This document shows positions 11,641-24,660 of a stretch of DNA of 64,000 nucleotides, piece after piece; positions within the stretch are counted from its first letter, which is position 1; each line of letters opens with the position of its first letter. The notes under the pieces are model-generated. The model saw nothing but the letters and a program-made list of their open reading frames with translations, had not been told where the DNA came from and did no database searches. The DNA comes from Octopus sinensis. Taxonomy: Eukaryota. A program made the translations under genes and the position numbers. Location of the stretch: NCBI RefSeq assembly GCF_006345805.1, contig NC_042997.1, forward strand, positions 2,480,001 to 2,544,000, read 5' to 3'.

Positions 11641-12339
11641 ATTATATTAGGAATCACCAACGCTTGTTTTACGCGTGTATGCTTTCATAGGTGCGCGCAT
11701 GGATGTATCCATGTGTGTCTGCGTGGGGGCATCTCCTTTATTTTTATACTCTTTTTACTGTATCAGTCTATCTATTTATATCTATATATCAACGGGAGTG
11801 GCTCTGTAGTAAGAAGCTTGCTTCCAACGACATTGGTTCAGTCCCACTGCGTAGGAAATGTAAATAAGTAACAAGGTTTTCTAAGTACCAATGCATTACA
11901 GCTGTTTCAATCGGCTCTGTTTAATCGAACAATGAACATATTACGTAATTTGAAAAGAAATACAAGACACTCTCCTCAAACGCAAATGATCATATAGATT
12001 TCCATCATATAGTATAAACCATTTGTAGCATTTATAACAATTTTATATCAGTACTAGAAACCAAACTAATTACATTGTTCCCTTATGTTATATTTGTGGC
12101 AGAATGAATTCAGAGAATAATGCATATTTATTTTAGCCTACTATGATTTAGAGAGTATCAGAGGAAAATAATAGTGTTGAAGATATAGGAGTGGTGAGAT
12201 AGTTATATATATTTTATTTTAATTTATAAGATTTAATGCAGCATATAGTCTAGAACCATTTAGAATTAAATCCATTGAGTGTTATCAGCTATGTTCCAGT
12301 TGATGGTAAAGACATATATATATATATATGTCTTTATAT

Positions 12340-12572
12340 ACCCTTTTACTTGTTTCAGTCATTTGACTGCGAACATGCTGGAGCACAACCTTTTTAGTCG
12401 TGCAATCGACCCCAGGACTTATTCTTTTTAAGCCTAGTACTTATTCTATCGATGTCTTTTGCCGAACCGCTAAGTTACGGAGACGTAAACACACCAACAT
12501 CGGTTGTCAAGCGATGTTGGGGGACAAACACACGGACACACAAACACATACACACACACAGATATATATATA

Positions 12573-12603
<31 letters not shown>

Positions 12604-12746
12604 CGACGGGCTTCTTTCAGTTTCCATCTACCAAATCCACTCACAAGGCTTTGGTCGGCCCGAGGCTATAGTAGAAGACACTCGCCCAATTTATCACGCA
12701 GTGGGACTGAACCCGGAACCATGTGGTTCGTAAGCAAGCTACTTAC

Positions 12747-12750
<4 letters not shown>
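12340..12750 (-). mobile_element. tRNA-derived SINE, near full length, same family as 49494-49918
   Basis: Reverse complement matches 49494-49918 across head, internal (TA/CA)n and the 'cagtcaaatgactgaaacaagtaaaag' tail. Confidence 0.85.
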
Positions 12751-12813
<63 letters not shown>

Positions 12814-12827
12814 ATGCATATTTATTA

Positions 12828-12858
<31 letters not shown>

Positions 12859-13949
12859 TATATTTGTGTGTGTGCACACGCATACATACATGCGCTCACG
12901 CACACACACACTCAAAAACATTATTTTGTGTTATCAATTTGTATATTTCCTTTTATGTTAAATAACCAGTCGGAAGATTACCACGGATTACCACGTTAGC
13001 ACTTGGTAATGCACACGATTCATGAAAGTTGCTGGCATGGACCACGTAGCATCAAAAATGTGGAAGATTTCATAGCTATCCTCTAATAAAGGCTTCTTTG
13101 AAACAGGCGTCTACAAATAAGCCAGTGGTTTTAAGGATGCAATGACCTGAATGCCTTGAACTATTATAACAACCACAAAAAGAAAGTTTGCTTGTTGGCT
13201 CTACCCTCCTCAATTTAGCAGGAAAATCTTCACGGAAATGTTTATTTTATATATTACTTGATAGATAGACTGATACAGCTTCACACAGCCCCGTAGGTAT
13301 TGAAAGGTATTCAAAAGACATAACTTCTAGGTTTTGTTCAGCTCTTCACCTACTGACAAACATTTGGCCCTTCAAGTGTTTCCACTACACAGGTAACGAC
13401 CAGCTGCATATGCAACTGGGTATAATTGTCTATGCATTGTCGTTCAAGGACATTCAAGCATCTTGGATCGAAGTGGAGTGAATTCAGTTACTTGTTTAGT
13501 ACTTAAAGTCCAGGAGGAAGTAAGGGGAGTTTAGTTTGAATCTGAAATCTATGTGCTCCCCCACCACTTGAAAAACTGTTTCTTTGTGCTTACGCCATCG
13601 TAAGTTAACAGTTTCGCAAATGCGTATGATACAATAAATAGCAGGCTTAGAAACGGAAATTATTACTGGGGTGGCCGCAGTCTAATGACAGATACAAGCA
13701 AAGGAATAAACTATGATACGTATATGCACACATACATATATGCATACATACATGCGTCTCTACCTATAAAGAAGCAAACATGCATTCATGCATATGTATA
13801 TACGTACACCCACACACACATGACACAAGATAATAGACATATACATAAACTACTCATAAAACATTGTCTGATGTTTATTCTAACTTGTAATTGTTTATAA
13901 ATTTTATTAGTTGACACTTTTTGTTCCAGGTTCTAGATGTGACTGTTTA

Positions 13950-14830
13950 ATCATTCCATATACAAAATAAGCACTAGAACTGTCCGAATTTCAAAGAGGC
14001 CGTATTTTGGGTCATTCTGAATGCGGACATTGCATAAAATCGAAGAAAATCTTAAGAACACCCTTTCTACATTTAATAGAGTGTTTGTACCATTCACCAA
14101 AGAGGGGAAAGAGTCTGCACCCCCTCGCCCATATCAACTAGGGCCCTCTGACAGGACCCATCTTTTTGCTAAGGGAAGTGTAGAAGATAATTCTTGCTGC
14201 AAGATCTCTGACATAGAAGAACAAATTGATGTAAGTCTTAGAACAGCTGTTAGGTATCTCCACAAACTTGGTTACTATGGAGAGCGGCAAGCAGGAAATC
14301 ATATTTTCGACCAGTAAACACGAAGCAGAGAAAATATTGGGCCAGTGAAATGGTAGAGATGCCACGAGCATTTTGGGACACTGTCATATTCTCTGATGAG
14401 TCCAGACTTGCTGGATTTCTTGACAGTGTTCGAGTGCAGGTCTGAAGATTCTATGATAAGGAATTTGATGTGAAAAGATTGCAGGCTACAATGAAGCACA
14501 CCATCCATTCTGTGATGGTCTGAGAAGCAATCTGGAACAATGGCTGATCAAAACTGGTGGAGTGTGATGGAAACATAAACTCAGATATTATAGATATCCA
14601 TATTGCAGAAAGGATTCCTTCCAATCTTCTCCAGTAGTGAAATGTTTACGGAAGATGGGGCTCCTTGTTATAGAGTTAATATGACTGAAAATGTTCTGGA
14701 TGAGAATGGCATTAAAAAGCTTCCATGGCCAAACCAGTCACCAGATATTAACCCTACTGAACAACTCTGGGTCATGATGAACAAGAAGTATCTTTAAAGC
14801 CAGATCTTTTGCGATTACTGCCTGAAACTT
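13950..14830 (+). mobile_element. Tc1-like (DD34E) transposase pseudogene
   Basis: ELSEFQRGRILG (N-terminus), IFSDES, SVMV*EAI, FTEDGAPCY, LPWPNQSPDINPTEQLW. Frameshifted; TIRs not recognised. Confidence 0.85.
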
Positions 14831-17800
14831 GGCAAGAAATATACACCACCGATAGTTCTTGCTGACAAACAACGGCAGTAGTTTTATTCAGCTGAATGCA
14901 CGTCACTGATTGGTTGAAATTACCGAAATACGACAATTTTAACACGAACTAAATTTGAAAATATAGAATTTTCTGAACAACACTAAGAGTAAAAGATATT
15001 TTATGTGACACATTCTACCAGTGTCCGAAGTTTGAAAGTGTTTAGTTACAAAAAATTAATTTCTCGATCTGCCGTTGAAAGGGAAAAGCTCCATTTGTTA
15101 GAATACACTCATCCTGCTCGGTTCAATTCCTGAAGTACATCCAGCAATGAAAGTGCACTACCCCTGATGACGCCTGATAGCCACTAGAAATAATCTGCAG
15201 GCTCTTTACAAGGGTACCCCAATAACAAGTTTTAGATACTGCATCTTAAAATATCGTACGTGAAGTATAATTTCAGATACAAGTTCCAAAATAACATTAC
15301 AAATTAATCAATAAAGCCTAGGTTAAATTCCCGTAATCACCTGTGCTTATTATTTTGAACAAACATTAGTATTCAGAAATCTAACCTAGTATAACCAATA
15401 TTCACTCAAACAGCACAAGCTCTCCAAAACCCAAGCACCAAATTCCTTTACAAGTCCATTGTCTCTTCCGTGTCCTGATTGTTATAATCGCCTAACGTCG
15501 GGTATATTTAAGCAAAAATTTTAACAGAATCTGTGAAATATAAAATCTAGGCACAATAATAATTATAACTGTTTATCGAGAAATCATAATGGAAGAAATA
15601 TTATCATTATAAAATCTCATATTATACATTTCAAAGCTAATTTATTCTTGCATGTACTGCAGTTTCAGTTTATTTTAAGAATTGAAACCGATTGACTTTT
15701 AGAACGTGAGACTCCCAGCAGAGAATATTAGACGTTTCAGCATTTTCCGCCGAAACATTTAACTTTTATTTTAGTTTGTTTATATCTCTTTAAAAAATAT
15801 CGCAGATAAATAAATGTAATCAGTCATTTTCTGATTGCCAACGATAAATTAATACATAAAACCATTGCATATAAACAGATCTCAATTTATTCCCATTTGT
15901 TTAATCAATCAAATTTCCTAATCATTAGTACTTCCATGCTCTCATTATTCTCTTATAAATTAAATTTCGTTATAGAAGAATTGTTTTGAAGAGCGGGAAG
16001 TAACGAGGGATACTCTACGTACGCAATCACGATATATAATGAGAACTGTTTCGTATCTAAGAAACAGCAATTCAGTTATTCTCTGTTTAATTGCAGGGCG
16101 GGCATCAAAAACAAATATATTTACAATATATAATTTACACATACACACACACGCACACACATACTCACACAAACATACACAGATGTTGTGTATACATCTG
16201 TAAATATGTACGCATATATGTGTGTACATATATATTTAAAGTTAATTAGAAATATATAATTATAATTAAGGGCACTGTATCCGAGGACATTGGTTAGAAA
16301 GGATTTATAAAATTATTGTGGACAACCATATATCTTACGATTTCATGCTTTGCAATATATAAAAAATGCTATACAGTCATCAGTAGGGTACACCGACCGT
16401 AAATGAATGACAAACACATATACATACCCAAAAGAAAATACTTGTAAAAATTAGAATATATACATATATTTCAGACATATATACAAAGTAAAACCCCATC
16501 ATTAACTTCAGCTATGTGCTTATTAACTCACCAAATATTGCAGTAAATAAATATTTATACATAATTAGGAGGAAGTCATTAATTAATAATTTATCAGTGG
16601 GCAGCGTACAAAAAGCACATGTGTCAAATTAATATTTAAAGTATAATTATAAACATTAAATTATAATTAAGGGTGTTGTGGGACAGCACCAGTATGTTTT
16701 AAATGGACGTCGAAAAGGGTTGGTTGTACCGGATATTCCTACCGTGTGTGAAGACAACGCAACCAAGCTAAGTGTATATAACCGATCTTGGTAATTGAAA
16801 CATGTACTTTTATAAAGGTAGTTTCTATAGCATTTCCGAAGTGCAGATTCCAAGTGAGGTAAGCAGAATATAATTAATTAACTAAGATGTATAAGCGGCT
16901 CTCTTAATTGATTAATGAAAATATTACATCAATTTGAAAGAAAGAGTTGTAAGACTTGGAACATAAAATATATAGCCATTTTTTAACCATAGAATTGAAA
17001 CTGAATACATAACCATTTTGTTAAAAGATATGTACATCAATAATCGAACTCCATATTAGCTCCATGATGGCATGCTATCCATATCATCTTCCTAACACAC
17101 TCATTAGCCCAATGGATTACTAGCCACATTGACATTGCTTCTTTTGTGACATCTGTAGCACAATTAGTTTAGAAAATAATGCATACTGCGTCAAGCCTAC
17201 AATAATTTAGAGAGTAACAAAAGAAATAGTGGGGGTCAGAATAAAAAGAGTGGTGATCTAGTTACTTCTATTTAGAAGCCGTTATGCAGAATGTAGTCTT
17301 CAACCGTTTAGAATTGAATCCATTGGGAGTTGTCAATTGTATAGTAGAAAATGGTGAAAAATCAATTCATGTCAGACAGTCTAATAGACACTCAGTCTAC
17401 TGGAACAATATATCTAGCATTATCTACACAAAGGGTAGGTGGTAGGGCTAGTAGTAGGGGAATGTCTAATGAGGGAAGGGTAATAACTGGAAGAAAGAAT
17501 GACAGGGATGGCCAATATTTATTTAGAGTCTGAAATTATGTTTCCTTCCTATGAATGGTGATATCTTTCAGAGAGAATTCTATGTTCAGCTTTTCAATCT
17601 CATTAAAATTAGGTAAAAATGCGTCGTATAAATACTGATCACGTATTAAAATATAATTAAGATTCAGTTCAATTAGGCACTTGAATTGAGGCAACTTACA
17701 AGATCGGTACAACCCGCACGCCCAAACAATATTAATTGAATACTCAATATCCAGACTCCGTATAGGGGTGTTTGTACCTGATATTCCTGTCGTGTGTGCA

Positions 17801-17892
17801 GACAAGTTTGTTTCGAATTTATATAATGTTGTCATTGATCAATTAAATGAGCCGTTTGAAACGACCGGAATGAATGTACTCATGTACATCTT

Positions 17893-17941
<49 letters not shown>

Positions 17942-18499
17942 GTGTGTGTTTGTGTATGCGCGTGTGTGCGTGTGTGTGTATGTGTGCATGTGTGTGTATG
18001 TGCGTGTGTGTATGTGTGTATTTGTGTATAGATAGATATATACATACTAAATATATTAGGGGCTAATGGGTGTATGTCGATGACTTTCTTGAAGGTTTGA
18101 GTAGGACACTGGCCCAGTTTGGGCGATCCAGTGTCATATGCAGTAGGGGTATATTACCCTTGGATTTACTTCAGGAAGTCTGCAGTGTTAGTGGGGGATA
18201 ATGATAACTTATTCAGTACATAGAAGATGGATTTGGTATTAAACAACTTAATCTGAGGATCTTTAACGATACACAACTTCGTGTATGGATGCACCTGATG
18301 AATCCCGAAATGGATGCAGCATATGTTGAACTGAGTCCCACCCATTAAGGGTTGTAGCAGGATGAGTAAAAACGACCATTGTACAAAATGAAGATTATTA
18401 CCAAATCCACCTTCTGATTAATTAATGAATTAGCATGATGTCTTAGCGACAATAAACGAAATAAAACACAATTCAGCAGTAGGTCCTCATATGTTCCTT

Positions 18500-19195
18500 G
18501 ACACCAACTTGCATCTCCTCTTGCTAATCAGTGGTAGAACACACTGGATACTGGTTACATTCCTGAAAACTTTCTCTCCCAGTCTGTTGTCCCGGTTTAC
18601 AAAAACGGAAACAGGTTTCTTGCAGTGAACTACCACTTTTGTCTCCCCACACGAAACAAAGTATCATGAAAACTGAAGCACCTCAAAGGTCAATTACTAA
18701 AAAGATAGATGGCATAACAGGGATCGACTAGAAAAGTTCAAGCTTTATTCCCTTAAGCGACGCCGTGAGCGCTACATCATCTGTATGATGTAGAAAATAT
18801 TCCATCGGCATTGCCCAAATGATGTTGGCATCACTTTTAAGATACACCCAAGTATTGGACCCAGGGCTAGCTGCCCACAACGAAATCGTACTCACATAAC
18901 ATAGCAACAATACAGCACACTTATTTCGCCCCAATGGACCCCACTCTCTTTAGCATTACACCAAAACACATTAAATCAGAGCCAGAGCTCATAAATTATC
19001 AAGAAGGCATTGGACAACTTCCTTCAAAAGATCCCTGATAAACCTCCTACCCCCGGATATATCTTCGTAAGCAATAACTCTCTACTTGAGTGGGCCATAT
19101 TGGCCGATTCCTGATTTGAATGCCTTCGCCGGGTGGTGCTCTTAAGTTAGACATAGCCTGGGCCAATACAGTCAGAAACCAAAGTAAAGTATTAT
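18500..19195 (+). mobile_element. CR1-like LINE remnant (RT fragment, internal deletion, C-terminus and 3' end)
   Basis: LDTGYIPENFLSQSVVPVYKNGNR..VNY; DRLEKFKLYSLKRRRERYIICMM*KIFH..CPNDVGITFK; KALDNFLQKIPDKPPTPGY. Confidence 0.8.
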
Positions 19196-19549
19196 ATTAT
19201 GTCTCGTACGAGGAGACAGCAAAATATACTCATCTCGTTAAATATCGTAGCAAAAGTTTTCAGATCAGATTTTTTTTTTCGTTCAGATTTGTTTTCAGTT
19301 TGTCCAACGTTCTCTAATATGTGTTTGATTGCGTAAAAATATAAGCATTACATGTGTTTGTTTCTACGACTGTGCGCGCGTTTATGTGTGTATGTTTATG
19401 TATATAGATAGGACTGTCAGCATATGTCTTTGTATATATGACTGTGTATGCGCGCGAACGTGTATAGACAGAACTACTTCAGCTCTTTTCAAAAATGTGC
19501 CAAGATACACAATGGAAAAAAAAAGACTTCATATGATCTGCACGCTCTA

Positions 19550-19715
19550 TTGATAAATTCCAGGCAAACCTGGAATATCCCTGAAATCACTGAACACACT
19601 AGCTCTTTCCTGGAATGAACTACGGTGCACAAAGTATGAGAGCAACTTGGTTAAACGTCTTTTCTAGATGGTACCATTAAGTTAGTCATAGCTTGGGCCA
19701 ATTCTGGTCGAAACG
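19550..19715 (+). mobile_element. Short 3'-end copy of the same CR1-like LINE
   Basis: 'gatggtaccattaagttagtcatagcttgggccaattctggtcgaaac' matches 19135-19180. Confidence 0.6.
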
Positions 19716-20149
19716 TATTTATCTATCTACGTATCTATGTGTGTGTATATATGTGTGTGTGATATGTATACATCAACACTCATATCCTTTTCTAGCGATG
19801 CAAGGCCATGCTCCTATAACTTAACAAGGGCCCATACCGAATAGATTTCACAAACAGGCGGGATGATTTTTTTCTTTATGTACCTGTCAGTTTTCTCTCT
19901 CGATCTGTTTCAAAGTGGGTACTCGTCCACTTGTTTGTTATTGTCGGCACTGTAATATTCTATCGCTATTGTTATGTTTTGGTGGTATTCCGCACCTTTT
20001 TGTCTTTGATCCGTTTATCGTGCTATGACTTTGAAACGTCTACCTTAACAGTAACGCGAACTCGTATATATCACGAAACTGTCTGACGTTATAGTGGGTA
20101 CTTTATACCATTTTATTACATGGGAAGGTGAGTACCATTTTCACTACGA

Positions 20150-20166
20150 CACTATCTCTATCTATC

Positions 20167-20247
<81 letters not shown>

Positions 20248-20285
20248 TTATCTATCTACCTATCTATCTATCTATCTATCTATCT
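20150..20285. repeat. (TATC)n tetranucleotide microsatellite
   Basis: Direct reading. Confidence 0.95.
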
Positions 20286-20949
20286 CGCTTTCGCTCACTG
20301 TCTGTCATTTTTTCTCGCCCCTCCTGAATTCTTCTGTTCATCTGCTTATACAACTCTCTCTCTTCTCTTCTCCCTCCTTAATTCTTTTGTTCCTCTGCTT
20401 CTATTTTTCTCTCTCCTCTCTTCCCACGTGACCAATAGGCCAGACTGCTGGCTCCCTTTTTGGGTCTGACCATGGTCTGTACAACATTGATATTCTTCCC
20501 TGTGTTTGTGAAATCTTTGTATCCCTGCCGTAAAGCTTCATTTCCACACACGTCGGCTGACACAATTTGTCCCCAGGCAAAATACACCTGTTGTTTTGTC
20601 CTGTTATTATTATTATTTTTTGTTTTTATATTTGTGTAACATTGTCCGTTTTGTTGTCCTTGTTTTTGTATACATTTGCTGCTTTCTTCCAAGGAATCTA
20701 ATATTCTTAGCTTAGTTTTACCTTGAGGCTGGCCAGATTGGAGGAATCTCAAGATTATCCCGCCGAAATTGCGAGGATGATCCGGATCTTGACTTAGGAT
20801 AGAAAGCTTCGAATGACCCGTCCTTGTTTTTCGTATCGTCTATATGGATGTTTTGTTGTCACTTGTTGTATTATATATATACTTCGATAATGTGGCTGCT
20901 TCGACGCTGTGTTGAAGCAGTCGAAGCAGTCAATATATATATATATTGT

Positions 20950-21204
20950 TGCTATTTGTCCTTCTCGAGCGACGCCTGGATCATGTGCCCGGTTTCCCGG
21001 TTTCCTTAGCATATAGGTTCCCCACCTGGACGGGACGCCGGTCCGTCGCATGTGAGCTGCAAGATGCAGGGGAAGCGAGTGAGAGAAAGTTGTGGTAAAA
21101 GAGTGAGCAGAAGTTCGCCATTACCCGCTGTCGCAGCCGCGTGGTGCTTAGGTGTTTCGCTCATAAACACACACATCGCCCGGTCTGAGATTCGAGCCGG
21201 CGAT

Positions 21205-21207
<3 letters not shown>
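20950..21207 (-). mobile_element. tRNA-derived SINE-like element
   Basis: Minus strand starts with a B-box-like 'gggatcgccggctcgaatctcagaccgggcga', followed by a GC-richer body ('ggacgggacgccggtc'). Confidence 0.5.
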
Positions 21208-21246
<39 letters not shown>

Positions 21247-21284
21247 CATACGTACATACATAATATATATATACATACATACAG

Positions 21285-21361
<77 letters not shown>

Positions 21362-21369
21362 TATATATA

Positions 21370-21540
21370 TATTGTGGTGTCATTGTCCATTCGAGTAGGG
21401 CGTTCTTGTTCACTACGCTGTATCAAGGTATAGGTGGCTTCTTTGGTATTCCTTGAAGAAATTTGTCTAGATTCCATTTAAAGGAGATAGGATGCTTTCC
21501 CTCAAACAGAGCAGGGTCTGTTGAGCAATAGATATTGTGT
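21370..21540 (-). mobile_element. CR1-like LINE 3' end
   Basis: Minus strand [31 protein letters not shown], homologous to 19010-19095. Confidence 0.7.
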
Positions 21541-22466
21541 TGCAGTGTATTTATGTATTGTGAACCTGAACTGGGTAGGAGACGGGTGACCCGTGATCCT
21601 AGAATTGGAAAATTCTGAATCTAATGTTTCGGCAATGCTGGTGATATATTCTCCTCAAATGATGTATCGTGCAAATTCCGTATCGCTCACGGCGGCGCTT
21701 TAAGGCGGTCATAATACTAGAGATCAGTCACGCCCTTAGCACTTTTAGTGAATGCTTTCTCCGGTGATTCGATTATCGAAGTATTTATATTGTTTTTTAT
21801 GGTGTGATCATGAGGGAGAGCAGCATCCTGTGTCTGGCCGTACAAAGGAGGAGAAATCTTAAAAGTACAAAGACGTGATATACAATAATGTCAAGACATT
21901 TGATCCTTCACTGCAAACTAAGGTAAAACAAAAATATGGATCTCACATGGCTGGTATACTATAGATATGTAGTTACATTACTCAGCGTTCTGAATATTGT
22001 TATTAGACAATGTTACGCAAAACATCAACAAATCGTGACTAAATAAAGCATAGTGTAGCGTATCACTAAATGTAAGAAAGTCAGCTAGACCGCAGCTACT
22101 AATTTTTTTTACATAGATTTCCTCGATCTTAACTAAATAAAATCTACTCTGAAAATCACAACAAAGCGTTGAAGCAATCACTAGCACTACTAGAAACGTA
22201 GAAATTTCTTCATCTTACACAACCAAGTGTGTTAAGAGAAAGTACAGTTTCATAAAACAAAGATCTGAGTCCAAGACTGTTTTATGGTGGGCATGCATAT
22301 ATATAACTATGTGTTAGGTCGACGCACCAAAAACGCGATGTTTTACATGAAATTACATGAGTACAACACACACACACACACACACACACATATATTGTAT
22401 ATCTACGTATAAATATATGTATATATATATTGTATATATATTGTAGAACCTAAGTATCTTTTGGAT

Positions 22467-22558
22467 GCCCGCATAGCTCAGTCGGTAGAGCATCAGACTT
22501 TTATGAAATGCCGAGTTATGAAATCTGAGGGTCGCGGGTTCAATTCCCCCTGCGGGCG
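22467..22558 (+). tRNA. tRNA-Lys-TTT: tRNA-Lys(UUU) with a 19-nt intron (22504-22522)
   Basis: GCCCGCA/TGCGGGC acceptor stem (7/7), GCTC/GAGC D stem, TCAGA/TCTGA anticodon stem, anticodon TTT at 22500-22502, intron at the canonical 37/38 site, C32 pairs with the antepenultimate intron G, T arm GCGGG-TTCAATT-CCCCC (one C.C mismatch), T6 terminator 5 nt downstream. Confidence 0.92.
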
Positions 22559-22562
22559 ACAA

Positions 22563-22568
22563 TTTTTT
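22563..22568 (+). terminator. Pol III terminator (T6) of tRNA-Lys
   Basis: TTTTTT immediately after the discriminator base plus 'acaa'. Confidence 0.8.
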
Positions 22569-22662
22569 AACGGCGGTGCATCAGCATGGCCGCAGCTCTG
22601 AGCTGAAACTAAAAACAAAAAAAAAAATATATATATATATATATACATGCGTATTTATATAT

Positions 22663-22706
<44 letters not shown>

Positions 22707-23359
22707 ATATGTATATATACGCATAAATATTGCTTATATATGTTCATATATACATAGTTACACATATATACTTATATGTATATATATATATATAGAATAT
22801 TAGGGGCTTAGTGCACTTGTAATCTAAGCGAGTAGGTACTCTGAGTAAGCGTTATAGTTGGTCGACCGTTATTTCACATGATCATGGCTAAGGCCTGATC
22901 TAGGGATCCGCATTAGGGTTCCGTTATAACAGGTATATATTATATTGGAGGAAAATTGAAAACCAAGTCAAAATTAATATTTCAAGTTATGTAAATGAAT
23001 CGAGATACTCGTTCTTCCTTGGTTTTATTTTTTCCTCTGATATAATGTAATATAAAATAATATGACATATCTATATAATTACTTACGTAAGTGGTAGCAG
23101 TGAAACCGTGCTTATATTTTGTATCTTTTCATTTGTCGTGCTCGCTTACGTTCTGGAGTATGCTGAATTCTCTTATGAAGAATCTTTTCTTAGTGGTATG
23201 ACCATAGGGGGTCTACTTCTAACATAATGGATGTTCACTTAGTGGTCATCCCTTTTATATGTATGTAATATAATTTTTTTCTGACTCCTCAGAATTTTCA
23301 ATATGCCAGGACACTGGTTTTAAATTGATATTAATGAAACTAGTATTCAATTTTTCACC

Positions 23360-23432
<73 letters not shown>

Positions 23433-23435
<3 letters not shown>

Positions 23436-24514
23436 GGGAAAAATTTTTTTAAAAATTTTTTTAAAAATGCAGAATGCTCAAATGAAAGAAAATTTTAATA
23501 AAATGAGAAAATGATAAAATATATAATATATATTTATTCAACCGGTTTTCGTCATTGTATGACTTGTCAAGAATATTATGTTTTAAGAAGTTATTTTAAA
23601 ATTACAAAGGGGAAAAAAGAAAATTGCATTGTTTTTTGTAAAAGAATAATGATAAAAATGTACAAACATTAAAAAATAAGTTCTCCGATACGTTGTGAGT
23701 TCATTGTGTATCTTGAGTTTTATGGTTGTTTACCAAAAAATTACCTTGAGGTGTTAAGATCCAAAGGGATTAAGAGCATGTGATGTGTTGTGTTGTTAAA
23801 TTCAGCATGTTGCAGGACAGGAAGTAGTAGTAATTGTGGTCCTGGTTCTTCAGTTCCTGTGTTGTGGGTAAGGGAAGACAACACTTTTGAGTTCTTCAAT
23901 AAAGAACAATTTGAAATGCAATTGTCTATGCAGATTTATATTATTAGAAAATAATATAAATAAAGTGTTAAAATCTGAAAGTTAAGTTAACAAACAATTA
24001 TATAAAAAAGATAATGCAAATGAAGCTAAAATGATAGTTTTATAATTTGGGTTTTATTGAAGAACTCAAAAGAGTTGTCTTCCCTTACCCACAACACAGG
24101 AACTGAAGAACCAGGACCACAATTACTACTACTTCCTGTCCTGCAACATGCTGAATTTAACAACACAACACATCACATGCTCTTAATCCCTTTGGATCTT
24201 AACACCTCAAGGTAATTTTTGGTAAACAACCATAAAACTCAAGATACACAACGAACTCACAATGTATCGGAGAACTTATTTTTTAATTTTTGTACATTTT
24301 TATCATTATTCTTTTACAAAAAACAATGCAATTTTCTTTTTTTCCCCTTTCTAATTTTTAAAATAACTTCTTAAAACATAAATATTCTTGACAAGTCATA
24401 CAATGACGAAAACCGGTTGAATAAATATATATTTATATATTTTATCATTTTCTCATTTTATTAAAATTTTCTTTCATTTGAGCATTCTGCATTTTCAAAA
24501 AAAATTTTCCTTAC
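23433..24514. repeat. Long near-perfect inverted repeat (arms ~23433-23903 and ~24053-24514, ~150 bp spacer), probably PLE pseudo-LTR derived
   Basis: The arms are reverse complements with only scattered substitutions and short indels. Each carries a degenerate minimal hammerhead-like motif (23535-23575 minus, 24383-24423 plus). The left side abuts (TA)n. Confidence 0.95.
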
Positions 24515-24559
24515 TTATCATTCTCCACGTGCGGTCAACACAACCCCACCATTTATTGA

Positions 24560-24627
<68 letters not shown>

Positions 24628-24660
24628 TAAAGGCGATGCATTTCCCCTCATAAAAAATTA

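Noticed and set aside
14393-14400. CTGATGAG as a hammerhead core
   Set aside because: It is the coding sequence of the Tc1 FSDES motif; no stem II or GAAA follows.
18295-18326. CTGATGA-ATCC..GGAT hairpin
   Set aside because: It lacks GAAAC after stem II and has no stem I/III; too degenerate to call.
18728-18934. 68-aa minus ORF suggesting an inversion inside the CR1 remnant
   Set aside because: The plus strand gives the CR1 C-terminus (YSLKRRRERY); the minus ORF is an antisense shadow.
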